Of a stretch of DNA of 64,000 nt, positions 1 through 8,940 are shown one piece after another. Source of the stretch: a virus. Lineage: Duplodnaviria; Caudoviricetes. The position numbers were made by a program, and so were the translations under genes. Position 1 is the first letter of the stretch. Each line of letters begins with the position of its first letter. The stretch is taken from positions 1 through 64,000 of IMG/VR virus record IMGVR_UViG_3300028591_000073, one strand, 5' to 3'. The notes beneath the pieces are model-generated. The model did no database searches and was not told the origin of the DNA. It saw only the letters and a program-made list of their open reading frames with translations.

Positions 1-2721
1 TTAGAGCCATATACATTATCTGGAGCATATGGCTCTAATAATAATACTTGGGTGACGACATTAACTCCATCTTCAGGAACTGCAACTACGTCAACAATAC
101 CAACGGCAACAACGGGTGCCTATGGAATTACAAAACTATCATCAGCAACAAATAGCACTTCGGCTGATTTAGCAGCAACACCATATGCTGTAAAAGCGGC
201 ATATGATTTAGCATCATCAAAATCGGTCGTATCTTTCTCACCTAATATATCAAGTAATGCAACAAATGCATACAAAATTGGTACGATCACAATTAATGGT
301 ACTGTAACAAATATCTACGGTGAACATTATATTTCCGGATATAATTGGGATGGGGATGGAAATGTAATCACAAGCGTAGTACTTGCAAATGGTGAATGGA
401 CATTTTACAAAAATCTTTATTGTTTAAAAGCAGAAGATGTGATATCAGGAACTGGAATTTCTGTTGCAATAACTGGAGCATCATCAGATGCACCACAAAC
501 TGTAACGATCAATCATGCTAACTCCGTCACTGCAGTTACAACAGCTAGTATGTTGAAAGTGAAGTATGATGCACAAGGACACATTACTGGTTCTTCCTCT
601 ATTACGAAATCAGATATTACTGGATTGGGGATTTCTGCATCTGACCATACACACTCTAATTATCTTGGTGCAACTATCGTGTCTGGAAATTCGTATTATG
701 GAATGGCAGACCCTGATGGCACTGACACAAACTGGATTCGTACGACATCAAAAGGAATCATACCATACCAATCTGGTTCTCGTGGCGATGGACATTCACA
801 ATTAGGAACTTCAACATATTATTTTTCAACATCTTACATTGATAACATGTATTCCAGTTTTATTAATATCGCAGGAGATCTTCCACAATTAAAATTTCAA
901 CAAACAACATCTGAATCTGAATATAATAGTAATAATGCGGGTATCAAGTGTTATCCCGGTGACACCTCTGGTATGAATATGGTGATTCAGTCTGGTGGAA
1001 ACATGATCATTGGTAGCGGGGAATTTCCCACGAATTTTTATAATGCAACAAAATTTGCCGCAGAATCATATAATAATACTACTGGTGAAAAAACATACAT
1101 TGGTTCTGACGGTGATGTTTATGTTATAACAAACGGAAATACAATTGCCGATAGAAAGGTGTTTGGATTTGGATCAAATTTCAATTTAGCAATTGGAGGA
1201 AATGTTGTTTTCAGACATGGTACCTATGATTCTCATACATCGAGCACATTGACATCTGCCGCAACAACAACTGCAAGAACATGGACATTGCCTGATAAAA
1301 CGGGTACAGTTGCATTGACATCTGATTTGGTGGATACCAAAGTAACACAATCTGCGGCTATTGGTAATAATTATAGACCATTGATTATGGGTAGTAAATA
1401 TTCATCCACTGCAGGTGCTTCCACATTACAAGATACTACAACAGATCAGGTATATACAAATGCTTCGATATATGCAAATCCAAATACTGGTACAATTTAT
1501 GCAAATAAATTTAATGATTATCCAATCAATAAAAACGGTACTGATTCATGGGAAACGATACCATGTGTCTATAGTAATGGATCAATGGAAATTGGACGTT
1601 ATTTAGATTTTCATGCAACAGATGGTTCAACCAATAACTATGATATCAGACTATATACATCATCAGCAGCAATGTCATCTTCTATCGTTGGTTCATTGAT
1701 TTTTATGACACAAGGTGAAGCCGAGGGGTCAAACTTTAGGCCAAATATAACAAGCAACTATGATCTTGGATCAAGTTCTTACAAATGGAGAAATGTATAC
1801 GGTGATTCATTCAAAGGTGCATCCGATTATGTTAGACATTGTTATGCGAAGAATGAAACTGCATTAACTAATAAATGGATTAAAATTGCAACTTGTACAT
1901 CGACAGCTGCAAGTGATGACAGAATGCTAGTATTGTTGGTTTCAAATGGTTATGCTTCCGCTTATCAGGGTCACGGTATATTGCGTTGTCGTTTCCGCAC
2001 CGGTTCGACAAAAGGAACATTGCATACAGCTTCCTTAAGTTGGGATTACATTACAAATGGATTACAAACGCCTGTTGGTACATCTGCTCCAGATAAAGCT
2101 TGGGCTACAACACATGATATCAATCCATCGAATTTTGTTGCCACATATACAACTACATCAGGAACATCGTTTGTATATGATTTATGGGTAAAAGTTGCCG
2201 CAAATTATCAATCTTGGACATTTACTGCATTGAATGATGTCAGTCGAGCAGGTAATGTGTGGGGTCCATTCTGGACATTATCTGATTATATAAATACCGG
2301 CGGACAAGATGCGTTACCATCCACCACTGGTCAAGTTGTTTCGAAAGTCGCTACATTATACGGTATTAATGATAATCCAGAATGGGTAACATTAACAAAT
2401 GGGAGCCAATTAAATGGTGCGAGTGTGTTAAAATGTAGAAAACAAGGAAACATTGTTTACATCAGAGGAATGTTTGGCGTTACAGCTACAACAGGTACAA
2501 TTACACCAATGGCTGTATTGCCAGATGGATATTATGCAACGGATGAACTACGGCATATCACATACAGTCCATTGATTATCGGTGGTTCTCCTTCTGCTGG
2601 TACTGGCGATTTACAGATAAACACCGCTGGCACAATGAATTTGTACACAAATAGTTCAACTACATTTACCGGTAATACAACTGCTGCGGTCTACATCATG
2701 GATGCTTCATTCATGATTTAA
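1..2721 (+). CDS. Tail fibre / receptor-binding protein, 5'-truncated by the window edge
   Basis: Frame 1 is open from base 1 (LEPYTLSGAYGSNNNTW precedes the tracked start at 52). It has a tail-fibre repeat (YGITKLSSATNSTSADLAATPYAVKAAYDLA), a DLGSSSYKWRNVY fibre motif, Thr/Ser/Gly-rich composition and a C-terminal RKQGNIVYIRG...LPDGY receptor-binding-type head. Confidence 0.85.
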   Translation, partial: LEPYTLSGAYGSNNNTWVTTLTPSSGTATTSTIPTATTGAYGITKLSSATNSTSADLAATPYAVKAAYDLASSKSVVSFSPNISSNATNAYKIGTITINGTVTNIYGEHYISGYNWDGDGNVITSVVLANGEWTFYKNLYCLKAEDVISGTGISVAITGASSDAPQTVTINHANSVTAVTTASMLKVKYDAQGHITGSSSITKSDITGLGISASDHTHSNYLGATIVSGNSYYGMADPDGTDTNWIRTTSKGIIPYQSGSRGDGHSQLGTSTYYFSTSYIDNMYSSFINIAGDLPQLKFQQTTSESEYNSNNAGIKCYPGDTSGMNMVIQSGGNMIIGSGEFPTNFYNATKFAAESYNNTTGEKTYIGSDGDVYVITNGNTIADRKVFGFGSNFNLAIGGNVVFRHGTYDSHTSSTLTSAATTTARTWTLPDKTGTVALTSDLVDTKVTQSAAIGNNYRPLIMGSKYSSTAGASTLQDTTTDQVYTNASIYANPNTGTIYANKFNDYPINKNGTDSWETIPCVYSNGSMEIGRYLDFHATDGSTNNYDIRLYTSSAAMSSSIVGSLIFMTQGEAEGSNFRPNITSNYDLGSSSYKWRNVYGDSFKGASDYVRHCYAKNETALTNKWIKIATCTSTAASDDRMLVLLVSNGYASAYQGHGILRCRFRTGSTKGTLHTASLSWDYITNGLQTPVGTSAPDKAWATTHDINPSNFVATYTTTSGTSFVYDLWVKVAANYQSWTFTALNDVSRAGNVWGPFWTLSDYINTGGQDALPSTTGQVVSKVATLYGINDNPEWVTLTNGSQLNGASVLKCRKQGNIVYIRGMFGVTATTGTITPMAVLPDGYYATDELRHITYSPLIIGGSPSAGTGDLQINTAGTMNLYTNSSTTFTGNTTAAVYIMDASFMI

Positions 2722-2759
2722 ACTCGAATATAATGATTTACAAAAAAGGAGGTCTCCAT

Positions 2760-3155
2760 ATGAGACAAGAAATTCAACAGAGAATGAATGAGCAAATCGC
2801 ATTCTCAACAAAACAAAATACAATCTTCGATTTGGTTGTAACAGTCATCGATGAAAGTATCGATACAACGACATTCAGTGGTGTATCAGAATTCCGCGTA
2901 GAAGAAGGTGGTCTTCGTTATGTGATTCAGACAAATGAAGATATGAACTACGGAAATGGTGCAATCTATGTGTATATTGATGATACAACAACAAACACTC
3001 GTTATGCAAATCTAAATATCAATACCGTGGATGGTTCCATTTCGGAAGACTATTTTACGATGCCTCGTGCAAAACGGAATGCAATCTTTGCACTATTTGG
3101 AGATATCATTGATGCAGTTGATAGTTATATCAACAATGAAACAACAAACGAATGA
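2760..3155 (+). CDS. Hypothetical protein directly downstream of the tail fibre (possible fibre chaperone)
   Basis: AAAGGAGGT SD just upstream of ATG 2760. Function is inferred from position only. Confidence 0.6.
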   Translation: MRQEIQQRMNEQIAFSTKQNTIFDLVVTVIDESIDTTTFSGVSEFRVEEGGLRYVIQTNEDMNYGNGAIYVYIDDTTTNTRYANLNINTVDGSISEDYFTMPRAKRNAIFALFGDIIDAVDSYINNETTNE

Positions 3156-3164
3156 TATAATAAT

Positions 3165-3186
3165 ACCGGGGCCATATGGCCCCGGT
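3165..3186. terminator. Perfect palindrome ACCGGGGCCATATGGCCCCGGT, probable bidirectional terminator
   Basis: 22-bp perfect palindrome between convergent genes; member of the CATATG-centred family. Confidence 0.7.
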
Positions 3187-3195
3187 TTATATTGA

Positions 3196-3612
3196 TTATT
3201 CGTGATTTTCTTCTTGTGATTTGTTGATAATGAAATTGCGAATCGCTCTGGAAATGATAATGGCATCCAGTACAACTCTTTCAAAGCATCCTCCAACTGA
3301 CAACCCAGCATATCGAAACATATTGATTTTGAGATTCACCAGATATCCCAAACATGTATTGTATATGGATTTTGATGTGTCATTAAATTCATCTGCATCA
3401 ACATCCAATGTTCTATAATCCAAATACAGTTGTACAAGCTGGTCAGATTCATTAATGACTCTCTGTACCACTTCGTCCGAGATTTGGTATTGGATTTTGA
3501 TAGATTCCTTTTGTCCACTTGTCAGTGCCACATCAATTGTTGCTTCTTCAACTTCAGTTTGAGAATTGATATCCTCACCAACTGTTGTTTCAATGATATT
3601 ATTTTCTTCCAT
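3196..3612 (-). CDS. Hypothetical protein (138 aa)
   Basis: AAGGAGG SD upstream; acidic N-terminus; no recognised motif. Confidence 0.7.
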   Translation of the reverse strand: MEENNIIETTVGEDINSQTEVEEATIDVALTSGQKESIKIQYQISDEVVQRVINESDQLVQLYLDYRTLDVDADEFNDTSKSIYNTCLGYLVNLKINMFRYAGLSVGGCFERVVLDAIIISRAIRNFIINKSQEENHE

Positions 3613-3653
3613 AAATAATTCCTCCTTGGAAATAATTAATTTGTAATCAAATG

Positions 3654-4580
3654 TTATGGGTTCGTATCATTTTCATTAAATCCAACATTTAATGTTAACA
3701 CATCAAGATATTGTAATAAATCTAATGATTCTTTTTGTTGGTTGGAACTCGATTTTTCTAACACCCATACATCATCTCGTTTGACGGTATAGTTACTAAC
3801 AATGCCTGTGTAATCGATTCTTTTTACATTATCACTGACAGTTGTAATGGAAATATCACGTCCACTGATATATGTGATGGCATCTCCAGAAGGTGTCGGT
3901 GGTGTGATATCAATCGACACCCATGTGCCATCTCCACGCAAGAATTTATTTTGATCACCTTTTAATGGAGCTGGGACTAATCCACTTGTGCCATCTGTCG
4001 TTGATGTTGCACCGGTAAAATCTGTGTATATCTTAATATCCAGATGATCCAAGATATCTTTGTATTCGATCGTAAATGATGCTGTTGTTTCATCCAATAT
4101 GAGTTTATTATCATGATTATGCAATTCCTCTTTCTTTGCATAATCCGATAAATCAATATCAATGTTGTCAATCTTATCATTTAATTCATGATATCGATCA
4201 TCACATTCAGCATTCAATTGTGAAACTATTTCTTCTAACGATTCTACGTTTTCAACTGTTGCATATTTTGAAAAATCTATATTTGCAATTTCTTCTTGTA
4301 ATGAAGCGATTGCATCATTGAATGTGTCATTGTTAACCTTATCACCAATTAATGATTCCAGATGTTTTAATGAAGATTCCGTGTTAGAAAAAATAGTTTC
4401 TTCTTGATAATAGCTATGTGTTAAATATGGGAGATTCCGATAAGATCGTTTACCATCACCAACCTTTGCTCGAAAATCTTGATCATTCACGATCTCAATA
4501 CATAATGTACCACTTGGAATGATATACCCTGTCATAGATGTTGCATTCCATTGTTGGGTTGTTTTTATCATATGATCCAT
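3654..4580 (-). CDS. Tail-fibre-associated structural protein
   Basis: SD GAAAGGAG supports ATG 4580 (ORF track starts at 4646). N-terminal GTLCIE...KVGDGKRSYRNLPY fibre module, a coiled-coil middle and the common fibre motif GATSTTDGTSGLVPAP...KFLRGDGTW. Confidence 0.7.
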   Translation of the reverse strand: MDHMIKTTQQWNATSMTGYIIPSGTLCIEIVNDQDFRAKVGDGKRSYRNLPYLTHSYYQEETIFSNTESSLKHLESLIGDKVNNDTFNDAIASLQEEIANIDFSKYATVENVESLEEIVSQLNAECDDRYHELNDKIDNIDIDLSDYAKKEELHNHDNKLILDETTASFTIEYKDILDHLDIKIYTDFTGATSTTDGTSGLVPAPLKGDQNKFLRGDGTWVSIDITPPTPSGDAITYISGRDISITTVSDNVKRIDYTGIVSNYTVKRDDVWVLEKSSSNQQKESLDLLQYLDVLTLNVGFNENDTNP

Positions 4581-4663
4581 GCTATAAACTCCTTTCGAAA
4601 TATAAGTTAATCCCCGGTTTTCCCGTGTAGCATACAAAATTTGCATTTTTTTATTTTTTGATA

Positions 4664-4680
4664 TATATATTATTTATATG
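4664..4680 (+). promoter_or_regulatory. Candidate early promoter TATATATTATTTATATG
   Basis: Aligns with the motifs at 52170-52186(-) and 53154-53170(-). Resembles the TATATTA(C/T)-type early promoters described for phiKZ/AR9-type phages. Confidence 0.55.
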
Positions 4681-4744
4681 AATTAAGATCGTATTCAAAT
4701 TTATGTTCTTAATTTACCAAGCGTCTAACAGATGCTTTTTCATC

Positions 4745-4833
4745 CGACCCAAGCATGTCGTTAAACTGCTCAATCGTAAACATAAGACCAGCTCATGTCT
4801 TAAGAAACCGAGCGATATTCCAAAGGAGGAATT
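4745..4833 (+). ncRNA. Structured 5' leader: two tandem predicted H-type pseudoknots plus SD
   Basis: CGAC-CCAAGCAT-GTCG-TTAAAC-TGCTC and TAAGAC-CAGCTCAT-GTCTTA-AGAAACC-GAGC share one architecture with different stem sequences. Bases 4782-4833 recur identically at 53075-53126(-). Confidence 0.6.
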
Positions 4834-4837
4834 CATT

Positions 4838-5485
4838 ATGAAACCGAATACAACACTGACAGAAGCCATTAAAATCGCCAAGATGGAAACATCTGCTCGT
4901 CTGAAGACGGCATGGCAGCAGTACCTTAAGGCCGAGGCTGAGATTGCACGAATCAATCTTGAGAATATTATGGCTGAAATCGTCAATCTTCTCACAGACC
5001 ATGAAATCCTGTGCGAAGAACTGCCGGACACTGGTATCACGGATACTCATTATGAGTACTTCAAAAACAAGGTAGGAATTCATTTCTCCCTTCTTGATTC
5101 CCAGATAGGTAAGCGCGAAATCGTAATTGCAGTGGATGATTACGATGTCAGAGCCGAAACATTCACATTGATTGCCGGATGGGTATATGACGGCAATATC
5201 TCTGACATCGTAATGGCACCGATTGCCATTCGTCTTCCGCGTGATGAGTGGACAGGTCTCCCGCGTGAAGAAGACCTCGATGAAATGTTTTTGCTCAAAG
5301 AGGTCGACATCAAAACACGAGAGCTCGTGTTTGAGCACGGCATTAAGACAGGAATCACTCTCGAAGATGCAATCGAATATATCGAGGATGAATTGATGGT
5401 GTATGAAGACCTTGTGACCAAGAAAGGTTATAAGGTTGCAACACCTATCTCACCTGCATCGAAAGACAAGGATCTCGGACTCTAA
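4838..5485 (+). CDS. Orphan acidic protein, probable early gene (215 aa)
   Basis: AAAGGAGG SD before ATG 4838 (ORF track starts at 4703, inside the leader). Lone + strand gene among - strand structural genes, with its own promoter, leader and palindromic terminator. Confidence 0.75.
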   Translation: MKPNTTLTEAIKIAKMETSARLKTAWQQYLKAEAEIARINLENIMAEIVNLLTDHEILCEELPDTGITDTHYEYFKNKVGIHFSLLDSQIGKREIVIAVDDYDVRAETFTLIAGWVYDGNISDIVMAPIAIRLPRDEWTGLPREEDLDEMFLLKEVDIKTRELVFEHGIKTGITLEDAIEYIEDELMVYEDLVTKKGYKVATPISPASKDKDLGL

Positions 5486-5496
5486 TCATCATTGCA

Positions 5497-5520
5497 ATCC
5501 CCCGGCATATGCCGGGGGAT
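5497..5520. terminator. Perfect palindrome ATCCCCCGGCATATGCCGGGGGAT
   Basis: 24-bp perfect palindrome between convergent genes. Confidence 0.7.
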
Positions 5521-5607
5521 ATACATGAATAATGTTGATGTTATCATTTTTGATTTTTTGTTTGAAGTATCTGTTACTTTTCTCTCTCTTGTTCTTGTAC
5601 AATTTCA

Positions 5608-7221
5608 TCAATCGTTGTCATTATCATCACCCACTGTAACATCTAATATTTTATCTTTACCAGTGCGAGTTTTGTATGCCGCCTGTTTCTTCTCAGCACG
5701 TTGTTGCAGTTTCTCTTCAGAAATGTTATCACGCTGACCACAGCCATAGTCAATACATACCCAACAATCACGATCGCTTGACCACATGATATTTCCATCA
5801 TTAAAGTCGGTAACCACCAATCTTAATTCAGGATGACGTTGTACAAAGTCTATGAACTGTCCCTTTACTTGATTTAACATTTTTGGATTGGGGTGTTTCC
5901 CAACTTTATCGACAACACGTTCCATATCAATAACTGCACAGTCTTTACCATATTTCCCAACAATCGGAGCAGCAATCTTGATCATGTCCTCTTCTTTACT
6001 CCGCTGGATAAATTCACTCATTCTCACTTCGTTCTTGTTGGAAGTTAATCCACGACCACTAAACGCAATCTTGGTAATGATCTTTTTATCCTTCGGGAAG
6101 AGTACCATTCTGGTTTGCCCCATTGGCACTTTATTAAAGTCTACCTTATCACCACGGATTTCTTCATTTGCAATCAGCCATGTATTATATGCAACAAACT
6201 TTGGTGGTACACCAGCATCAATACACATCTCCACAAACTTTGCCAAGTCATTTTTATCCGTGATGGAGTTCACATATTGTGCTTTGATCATGTACAGCTT
6301 ACCAACTTCATTTGCCAAACCATTGATACCATGTTGACAAGTTTCCAATTCACGGACCAGTTGGTTCATTGCCGTAATTGTTTCAGAATCAAAACCTTTC
6401 AAGTGATTATTACCATTCTGGAATTTGTCCATTGCATTTGTTAACTGATTCACTTTAGCAGCAAATGTTGTCAATTCCTTCATGGTTAATCTTGTACCAC
6501 CAGCATTGAATTCACGACCGGGAGCATGGCTCTTCGCAACCGTCTTTTTGATGGCTTCACGAAGCTTTGCTTGGTCAACATTTCCACCATCTACCAAATC
6601 ACCGGCTTGTTCCACAATCCTTGCAAGATTCTCAAATGCTTCTGGATGTTTGATATAATACACCATGTTCTTGTAGATGATGGTATTGTCTTCCAGTCCC
6701 TTGATACCATGGGAGTTGGAAACATGTTCCAACTGCCCCTTTTCATTCTTGATATAGTTGACACCGAATAATCCGATGTATAAACCTTCATCTTGTGTAA
6801 TTTCCTTAATAAAAATAGGAGTTGCACTTAATACCACATTCTCTTTTCCTTTGAATGGTGTTTTCAAATTCTTTTCCACTTCCTGTTGTGCTTTTGGAAG
6901 TTTGGAACTCGGTACAACTTGTTGTGCAATTGCATTTGGAGTTTTTGTTGGTCTTTTACTCCCATTTTTCACATGGAAGATACCCTTTAACAAGTTAACT
7001 GCATGATCGGCAATACCACTTGTGGCTTTACTTGTTTTCTTAAGCAATTGCCATAGACGAATTCCCATGTCAGAACTTTCCAATGTGATTCTACCTTCTG
7101 CTTGTTTCATCAGGTATTGTTCCACCAACATATGTTCCTTTTCATTTTCTGCAACGATTGCATCAAATACATTCTGTTTGGATTCCACCATACACTCCCA
7201 GAAATATTCTAATTCTTCCAT
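5608..7221 (-). CDS. Putative virion-internal protein with C-terminal protein-kinase-like domain (paralog 1)
   Basis: Kinase motifs in canonical order: GQTRMV, ITKIA (Lys), NKNE (alphaC Glu), MERV, DFNDGN (catalytic loop), IDYG. N-terminus has the shared cargo motif and an ITLE|S site. Confidence 0.75.
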   Translation of the reverse strand: MEELEYFWECMVESKQNVFDAIVAENEKEHMLVEQYLMKQAEGRITLESSDMGIRLWQLLKKTSKATSGIADHAVNLLKGIFHVKNGSKRPTKTPNAIAQQVVPSSKLPKAQQEVEKNLKTPFKGKENVVLSATPIFIKEITQDEGLYIGLFGVNYIKNEKGQLEHVSNSHGIKGLEDNTIIYKNMVYYIKHPEAFENLARIVEQAGDLVDGGNVDQAKLREAIKKTVAKSHAPGREFNAGGTRLTMKELTTFAAKVNQLTNAMDKFQNGNNHLKGFDSETITAMNQLVRELETCQHGINGLANEVGKLYMIKAQYVNSITDKNDLAKFVEMCIDAGVPPKFVAYNTWLIANEEIRGDKVDFNKVPMGQTRMVLFPKDKKIITKIAFSGRGLTSNKNEVRMSEFIQRSKEEDMIKIAAPIVGKYGKDCAVIDMERVVDKVGKHPNPKMLNQVKGQFIDFVQRHPELRLVVTDFNDGNIMWSSDRDCWVCIDYGCGQRDNISEEKLQQRAEKKQAAYKTRTGKDKILDVTVGDDNDND

Positions 7222-7232
7222 AGTATCACCCC

Positions 7233-8930
7233 TTATTCTTTTGCAACATTCTTCAATGACTTTGGTTCTCCTCCATCATCATTTGTTTCGTTCTGTTTAT
7301 GATATTGCTTGATGGCTTTATCTGCCTTCTTGTCAACGACTTCTTGTTTCTGTGTATTACGTTTACCAAGACCATAGTCGATACAGATCCAACGATCTTT
7401 ATCACTCGACCACATGACATTGCCATCATTAAAGTCAGAAACAACCAATCTCAATTCAGGATGTCGATCAGTAAATGCTTTATATTTTGATTTCATATCA
7501 TTCAGAATCTGTAAGTCAGGATGTTTTCCAACTCTATCGACAACACGTTCCATTGCCAATATGGCATCTTCCGCATAAGTATTTGTAACAAGTGCGGAAA
7601 TATCAATCATCTCTTGTTCCTTGGAACGTTTTAAGAATTCTGAGAAACGAATTTCATTCTTATTGGATGTGATACCAATACCGGATGTGGCAATTTTAAG
7701 AATTTCCTTTTTATTATCATTCGGGAAGAATACACAACGTGTTTGACCACCGACAGGTTTATATCTGGATGCACTACCACGAATGCTTTCATTGGCGATT
7801 AACCATGTATTGTACGCGATATACTTGGGCGGGATACCATTCTGAATGCAATCATATACAAACTTTGACAACACATTTCTGTCAGTGATAGAGTTCATAT
7901 ATTTCAAATCAATCAGATGTACCTTTTGCATTGCATTCGATAAGGAAGATAATCCAAACTGAAAATGTTCTGTAATATGAACCAATGTATTCAAAGCTTG
8001 AATGACACTTGTATCCACATCATTCAATTTGTTATTACCATTTTGCGCAAAGTCCAATTGTTCTTCCAACTTATTCAATTTGGATTGGAACGTCGTGAGT
8101 TCTTGCATGGTTAATCTTGTACCACCAGCAGCAATACCATTTGCTTTATTGAATGCGGCACTGCTCAATTTATTAACTCTCTTGGCATATTCGGCTGGTG
8201 CAATTTCTTGTTCACCATTTGTGATCTTGAATCCCAATGCAATCAATTCACATAATGTTTCCATTTCACTTGGATGTTTGATGAAGTAAATCATGGAGTT
8301 TGTATAAACGAATAGAGATGCCAATGAAGGAACACCTTCTCCTTTATCAGAGACAGCTCTCACTTTACCACGATCATTCTTCACATAGTTTACACCCATC
8401 AAATCCACTTCGAAATTGTTATCATCATCAAATTCTTTGATTAAGATTGCAGAGTTAATCAATTCAATCTCATCTTGTTTGATGTCTCCTTCGTATGGCA
8501 CTTTTACACGTGCTTGTGATTCTGCCATCTTCTTCTCAGGATCCAATTTCTTACGAAGATTTTCATGTGCAATTTGAGATGCACTTTTCTTAGCACCACT
8601 CTTGCGGAATTTACCACTGAAACCGGCAGTAACATCTTTTACATGTGAAAACAATGTTTTCAATACCACAAGATTTCGACGAGTCAATGCACGAAGTCTT
8701 GTGATGATACTGCGGATGCCTCCCGCAGTATCTTTCACGCCTGTGTGTATTTTCTTTAAAAATGACTCTTGAACGAGTGTTGGATCTTTGTGATAGGTAA
8801 TGCAGTGATCAAGATATTCCCATTCTTTCATACTTTCTGTCACAAGATATTCTAACACCTTTTGTGTTGTTTCCAACTCATTTTCTTTTGCTTCCATTAC
8901 TTGATCGAGAATATAATCATTCAATGTCAT
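7233..8930 (-). CDS. Putative virion-internal protein with C-terminal protein-kinase-like domain (paralog 2)
   Basis: GGQTRCV, ILKIA, NKNE, MERV, DFNDGN, IDYG. Clear full-length paralog of 5608-7221. Has the cargo motif and an LVQE|S site. SD GAGGTG favours ATG 8930 over GTG 8939. Confidence 0.75.
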   Translation of the reverse strand: MTLNDYILDQVMEAKENELETTQKVLEYLVTESMKEWEYLDHCITYHKDPTLVQESFLKKIHTGVKDTAGGIRSIITRLRALTRRNLVVLKTLFSHVKDVTAGFSGKFRKSGAKKSASQIAHENLRKKLDPEKKMAESQARVKVPYEGDIKQDEIELINSAILIKEFDDDNNFEVDLMGVNYVKNDRGKVRAVSDKGEGVPSLASLFVYTNSMIYFIKHPSEMETLCELIALGFKITNGEQEIAPAEYAKRVNKLSSAAFNKANGIAAGGTRLTMQELTTFQSKLNKLEEQLDFAQNGNNKLNDVDTSVIQALNTLVHITEHFQFGLSSLSNAMQKVHLIDLKYMNSITDRNVLSKFVYDCIQNGIPPKYIAYNTWLIANESIRGSASRYKPVGGQTRCVFFPNDNKKEILKIATSGIGITSNKNEIRFSEFLKRSKEQEMIDISALVTNTYAEDAILAMERVVDRVGKHPDLQILNDMKSKYKAFTDRHPELRLVVSDFNDGNVMWSSDKDRWICIDYGLGKRNTQKQEVVDKKADKAIKQYHKQNETNDDGGEPKSLKNVAKE

Positions 8931-8940
8931 ATTTGTCACC

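Noticed and set aside
2-38. Inverted repeat TAGAGCCATAT...ATATGGCTCTA at the window start
   Set aside because: It lies inside the open tail-fibre frame, has a long spacer, and does not match the GC-rich intergenic family.
1-2721. Diversity-generating retroelement acting on the tail fibre
   Set aside because: No reverse transcriptase and no adenine-mismatched template repeat were seen in this window.
4703-4837. N-terminal extension of the 4703-5485 ORF
   Set aside because: It covers the structured leader that is repeated elsewhere in a non-coding context; the strong SD points to ATG 4838.
6481-8130. Identical 25-bp stretch at 6481-6505 and 8106-8130
   Set aside because: Explained by paralogy of the two kinase genes (AGGTRLTM).
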